Shown here one piece after another: positions 58,800 to 64,000 of a stretch of DNA of 64,000 bases (position 1 is its first letter; each line of letters begins with the position of its first letter). The stretch is from Stylophora pistillata (Eukaryota). Below the pieces are notes generated by a model that worked only from the letters and a program-made list of their open reading frames with translations, made no database searches and was not told the DNA's origin. The DNA lies in NCBI RefSeq assembly GCF_002571385.2, contig NW_019217846.1:777331-841330 (forward strand), in the 5' to 3' direction. A program made the translations under genes and the position numbers.

Positions 58800-61700
58800 C
58801 GTCATTTTCGTAACAAATGGGTGGAACTTCAGTACTTGTTTAGACTTCGAACAACTTCCTACAGCATATTGCAACGCATTAGAAGCATTGCGTATCTACA
58901 AGAGCAGAATTTCGAAGGCTATACAGAATGAAATCCATGCTTTATGTGGCTATTTTAGCAGTGCTACACATTTCTACCCAAGGTATTCATTATTTGAATA
59001 GTTTACTGTCAGTATCGATGTAAAGTGGCTCGCTAGGTATTGCGTATCGAGTATTAAAATACTAGCTACATCAGTGTATGACATAGTTGATAGTATAGCT
59101 CGCTAATGTCATCTCTGCAGGTCAGTTTATAGGGCATTTAGCTTCGAAATCTCAACTGGCTGAGGTTCAAATCGTCTTTCTGCGCTCATATACTGGATTT
59201 TAGGGCAATAATTAGCCACAGGCAGCCAAGAGGTTGATAGAGACATTGTCAGATCTTAGTTACTCACCAGAGACTGTTCGTCTTCGCTAACCGTCCAGTT
59301 ATGAGTGTTGATCACAAACGGTGCGGTAACAATTTCTGACTGCGTTGCAAGAGACAAACGGAAGCTAGGATCTCTAAGACTAAACTTGTTACTTTTCGAT
59401 AAAAAATGGACCTGATTTGACCCTATTTTCCAAATTGATCTCGTAGCAATGTAGCATTAAATTCCTAAACACTGTGAATGAAAATTTTTTCGCTTCTTAG
59501 TACTCAAACGAGACACATTTTTCGTCTCCATTTTGCCGTAAGTGTCAAGCCTGACCTCCGTTTTAAAATTTAAATTTAACCACACAATCAGTGATAATTC
59601 TGGGTGTTTTTTCTTTGATGCATTTATGAAAACTCTTTAAAAGTTAGAGTTAAAGTTAGTTAGATAACTTGGATAACAAACAGATAAGTGGTGAGAGCCA
59701 CTCCACTACACGGTAAAGCCACGATAGGGCTAATTTGCATCATTGTTAGATTGGGTCAGATAATTGAAAACATTGCGCCAGGGTGGCATTCACTGAGACA
59801 AAAGATCTTGAAATGTGTCATTAATCTTAAAAACTAATTAAAGTGTAAATAGTTGAGTTGCAAAAAACAAGCAGCAATGATAACTTTTTTTCGCAGTACT
59901 CTCCGTAAGATTCCACAAAAGTTGCTATAAAACTGATTATTTTACAGTCGGGCTGTGAACTCTGACATTCGCTGATAATTAATTTTATAATGATGGCCTC
60001 GAAAGTGAACCACCCGCAAGACACTTAAGTTATTTCTTCAACCACTTGAATAAAAGGTAAATAAGTTCCTTTGCCAGTTATTGCTGAATCGAAGCTGTCA
60101 TTTTGACAGCTGAGATTTTCAACTTTTTATTGCCAGTCATTTCAAGCGAAATTGCGCCCAGTTTGCGAAAAAGGAAAGCTCTGCTTTCCAGCTTTCCCGT
60201 CAATACGACCTTTCTTCCTGCGTCTACGACAAATGAAACAATTACGGATCTCTTGAGGACGCCCGCGAGCTGGAAATCATCAAAATTGTACTTGCAGAGG
60301 TAAAAAAACCACCAGGGTCGGAAGTGCTGCCCTAAATACCCTGCTTAAAACCTTAAACATATCCAGCTAGAGATGTAACGAAAAAAAAGGCATCCCTGTT
60401 GTTTGGTAAGCAAAAATCAAAACTACGATGACTGAGATCAAAGGTATTGCTAACACGAACTAGAACTGATAAGGAAATGACAATATCCACCGGGTAGTTC
60501 AAGGGAATAGAAACAAAGATTTCCGTGCGACCAAGTGATAACTCGATTCGCATATCGTCTCGAAACATGGCTGGAAACCCTACAAATTTTTCGGATCGTA
60601 TGTACCTTTGCCGCTCTAGTATCAAGGAAGCTCTCCTTGACAATTAAATTCTACGACTCCGATCATTAAAGTGTTGGAGGACAAAAATTTTACAAGTTTC
60701 TCCTTCTGAATTTGTGCTTTTTCAATTCAGAAGGAGAAACTTGTAAAACTTTTGTCCTTCAACACTTTAATGACAAATCTAAAGGTTTCGCATATCAGAG
60801 CTCGCGAATTTTTCTTTTCTCCTTGAACGTCAACAACAGTAGCGCCGCGCCGGGAAGAATTTGGAAATTTCATAACATCGCTTACAATAGAATACGCCGA
60901 CTAGTAGCCAATAATTAAAAACTTTGTGATCGGTTTAATTATCGGACATGGCTGCGTGCGATATAAACTTACCTTGTGTGATGGAACAACACCTAAGAGT
61001 TTTGCCACAAAACCTTCGCATAAGTGAAATATGTTAGACAGGCCACCACTTTTCAAGCTAATTAATCAAAGAGTTTACCGGCCTTTTTCGAGACGCGATT
61101 ATCAACAACAACAACAACTTTATTAGGTACTTCTATAAGTAGTACATGACATTACCGTAAGTAAGAATAAGTAACAATAATTATTTAACATAATTTCGTC
61201 CTTAACAGAACTTCTTGTCTGATATTCATTATTTGGAATGCAAAAGCAGAAATGAGTCTACATCTAGACGGATCAGCGTTATCAAAAAGGAATAACACTT
61301 TAGAGTTATGATCAAAGTTTTAAAAGCAAGGATACTTTCTTGCGATTTTTTTGTTAAGTTATAATCGAAAACTATCATACAAAGGACAACAAAAAAGCAC
61401 ATGTTTTTCATCTTCAATTATCAATGGCGATGAACCGCCTTTACGAATTTTAAATTTCGCAATGTGCCCCTTAAGCTTACTATTGTGCGACTCGCAGCCG
61501 CTCACAGCATGCTGTTGCAAATGTTTTTATCAACTGAGCCCATAGTCTTTACAAAAACTATAGACTGAACAGCCTTATGGCACGTTCAGACTTTTCTGTT
61601 GATGCAAGGAGGCGTTGAATCGTGCAAGTATCATCAGCTCGTATCATCAGCTCGTACCATCAACAATGGCAGTCGAACTTGGATGAATTTGAACATTCTG

Positions 61701-62800
61701 CAAATCAAACAGCTCGCCAACCTTTTCTTAACACGAATGAAAAAGGCGGTGGAAGTTCAAAGAATTTGGTCACAGATTTTATAACATCGCTCAAAACTGA
61801 GTCCATCCTTGTAAGCGACTCTTAATTAAGCCAAAGAGGTTATTGCAAAAGGTTGCTTTTCCACTATACGATAGATACCATACAAAGCAAGGCTTCAGAA
61901 TTGACAGTTATCCAAAATGTTCGAGAATCAGCCAAAAGTTATCTAAATGTCGACTCGAACGTAATTGTTAACGATAACCGCTGGTCGTGGGAAAGTTTTT
62001 ACGCCTCATTTATTTCAAGCCGAACCTTAACCCCAAAATTTTCAAAGCTCTAGATACGTGTCATTCATCAAGCTTAGTTTTAAAATACACATCTCAGAAT
62101 GAACTTTAACAAATGTCCAGTGTTGGCAAATGAAGAGTATTCGTGAGATGTGTATTTTTGGCAGTTTCATCAGACTAAACTCGGTGGGATCCCGGGGGAC
62201 GAATCGAGAAACTTCAGAAAACAAAGGAGTGACGTCACTTGGGTTACAAACAAATGTATTTACGGGTTCAACGGATTTGACACCGTTCAACCGAACTTGT
62301 CAAATATTTCAGAGATCGAAAGGATTGAATTTGTACACTACAAAATGGGATCGTGCAAAACGACTGTACTTTTTGCAACCGTTTGGACAGTAGTTTACAT
62401 TTCAAGCGAAGGTAAGGGAGCAAAGACAAATGTTTTGCATTTTGTAATCGAGACTTGAGTGGTTTTCTCGTGATTCGACAAAAGATACAGACGGCTGCGG
62501 TTAAATTTCAGCAACGAAACAAGCGGCCTCAAGCTGCTGTTAAAGTACAGGTCATGATTATTTCTCTGTGGAATACACACAAAGATGTTATTTAATCATA
62601 TCAATGACTACGATACAGTATTTAGTAACATCTTGTTGTCATAGCTTAAGCGAAACTGCTAGCGCTTGAAACCTCGCACCGCCGCATTGAACCGAACTTT
62701 CTAGTACAGATCGAATTAATGTGGAATTCTTGCTAAGCTTCACTAAAGAGATCAGTTTCTTGTTATATCAAGAGGAGTAGGTTTTTAGTGATATATCTGT
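58800..62800 (-). pseudogene. Possible decayed long coding sequence of unknown identity
   Basis: Several protein-like minus-strand segments broken by stops and frameshifts, e.g. LCKYNFDDFQLAGVLKRSVIVSFVVDAGRKVVLTGKLESRAFLFRKLG and SIWKIGSNQVHFLSK. No recognisable motif. Confidence 0.25.
60663..60773. repeat. Inverted repeat with 50-bp arms (48/50 match) and 11-nt loop
   Basis: TCATTAAAGTGTTGGAGGACAAAAATTTTACAAGTTTCTCCTTCTGAATT-TGTGCTTTTTC-AATTCAGAAGGAGAAACTTGTAAAACTTTTGTCCTTCAACACTTTAATGA. Confidence 0.95.
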
Positions 62801-64000
62801 ATTTCAGTTATATCTTGTTTTCCTGTTTGCTTGCATGCGGTTATGACCTAATTCCGAAGTCAGCCATCGTTTTTGCGGGTACGAAAGAGGTGTTTAACGA
62901 GAAGGTGGCCTTCGGGAGTTAAAGCCGGACAAGTTGCAAATTTTACCGGTAGATTCTTCGACTTTTATTCATTTAGGCACAATCGCTAAAGGCGAAAGAA
63001 TGGCAATTTTTAAAATTAGTTGGAGGGAATTATATCTTTTGCTTTTAGTTCTCTACATTTTAATCATATTTGAGAGCGCTGTGCTTCAACCTACATTGGC
63101 GCCAAGTTCTGTGACACTCTATATATAATTTAGTGGTTTTTCACGCATAAATCGAGAAAGAAATGCTCGAAGTCTTTGAAAGAACGCGGTGGTTTAAACG
63201 TGTAAAGCGAGCTCTTGCTTATTTGCATTTTCCGCAACTGTTCGCTGCACGACTTCTTTTCGAAGCAGTTCACAACAAAATTCTAAAACTGATAAACAAG
63301 ACAGCTGTTGATCTATCAACACCTTTCAGCAGGGAAAGATGACAATTTGACCAAACGTAACCTTTATTGTTACAATTAATCCGTTTGTGATCGAGAAACA
63401 TCATTTTTAACACTCGTCGTCATAAGTTGAGAAAGGCAATAGCGTTGTAGAGCACATCACTTTCTTTTATCAAACATCAACTTTCTACTTAGCTTATTAT
63501 AACTGATAACGGTTTTAATAAGCGCTGATCGATTTTATCAAATGAGTTCCTGGCAAAGGTTGGATAACAAACGACGTATTTTCAGAACAGACAGGGTTTC
63601 CAACTTAATTTTCTATGACATTTCAAACCGACTGACAGACAGTTGAAAACCCCAATGACATCTCTTACAGTATGCGTATGGAAATTTTTTTCACATTGAA
63701 CAATTACTTCTTTGTGTCCTCGCCATTTATGAAACAAAGCTTTTCTTTTAAGGCTTACACCTTTCAAGTGTATTATATTTTGACATACAGATTGCGTAAA
63801 GCGATTTTCCGAAAACATCAGCGAGTTAACATGAAGGATTACAAATTATTTTGAGTCAGTGGAATTAACTTAGAGCGCAAGACTTCGTTTAATTCTCTTT
63901 TGATAAAGAAAAAAAAAAATTAATCAAAATTCACCAAAATTGTTTTGACTGACCGACCACATTAATGAGGCGGTACTGTCTGAGTATAGTCAAGTAAAAT

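Overview
AT-rich, intron-rich animal genomic DNA. The repeat families suggest a stony coral (inference). I reconstructed four host genes by hand from GT-AG junctions and reading phase: the 5' coding exon of a neprilysin/ECE-type M13 peptidase (minus, continuing beyond the window), a synphilin-1 (SNCAIP)-like ankyrin/coiled-coil gene (minus, 12 coding exons), TMED7 (minus, 3 exons, 209 aa), and CEP152 (plus, 28 coding exons, about 1,876 aa) head-to-head with TMED7. Introns and intergenic DNA are dense with mobile elements. These include an apparently intact hAT element with a 6-bp target duplication, inserted in the TIR of a HIRAN-carrying pogo/mariner-type element, as well as a deleted THAP/ISL2EU-like element, Harbinger/hAT/piggyBac/mariner MITEs, tRNA-derived SINEs and LINE fragments. 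The most unusual signal is a family of Penelope-derived minimal hammerhead-ribozyme repeats. Four insertions are short head-to-head cassettes bounded by 12-14-bp TSDs. The near-identical subfamily carries a CCGA core variant, and one copy lies sense-oriented just downstream of the SNCAIP-like stop codon. Assembly gaps are at 8583-8618 and 23610-23682. No database searches were run; all family calls come from motif recognition.
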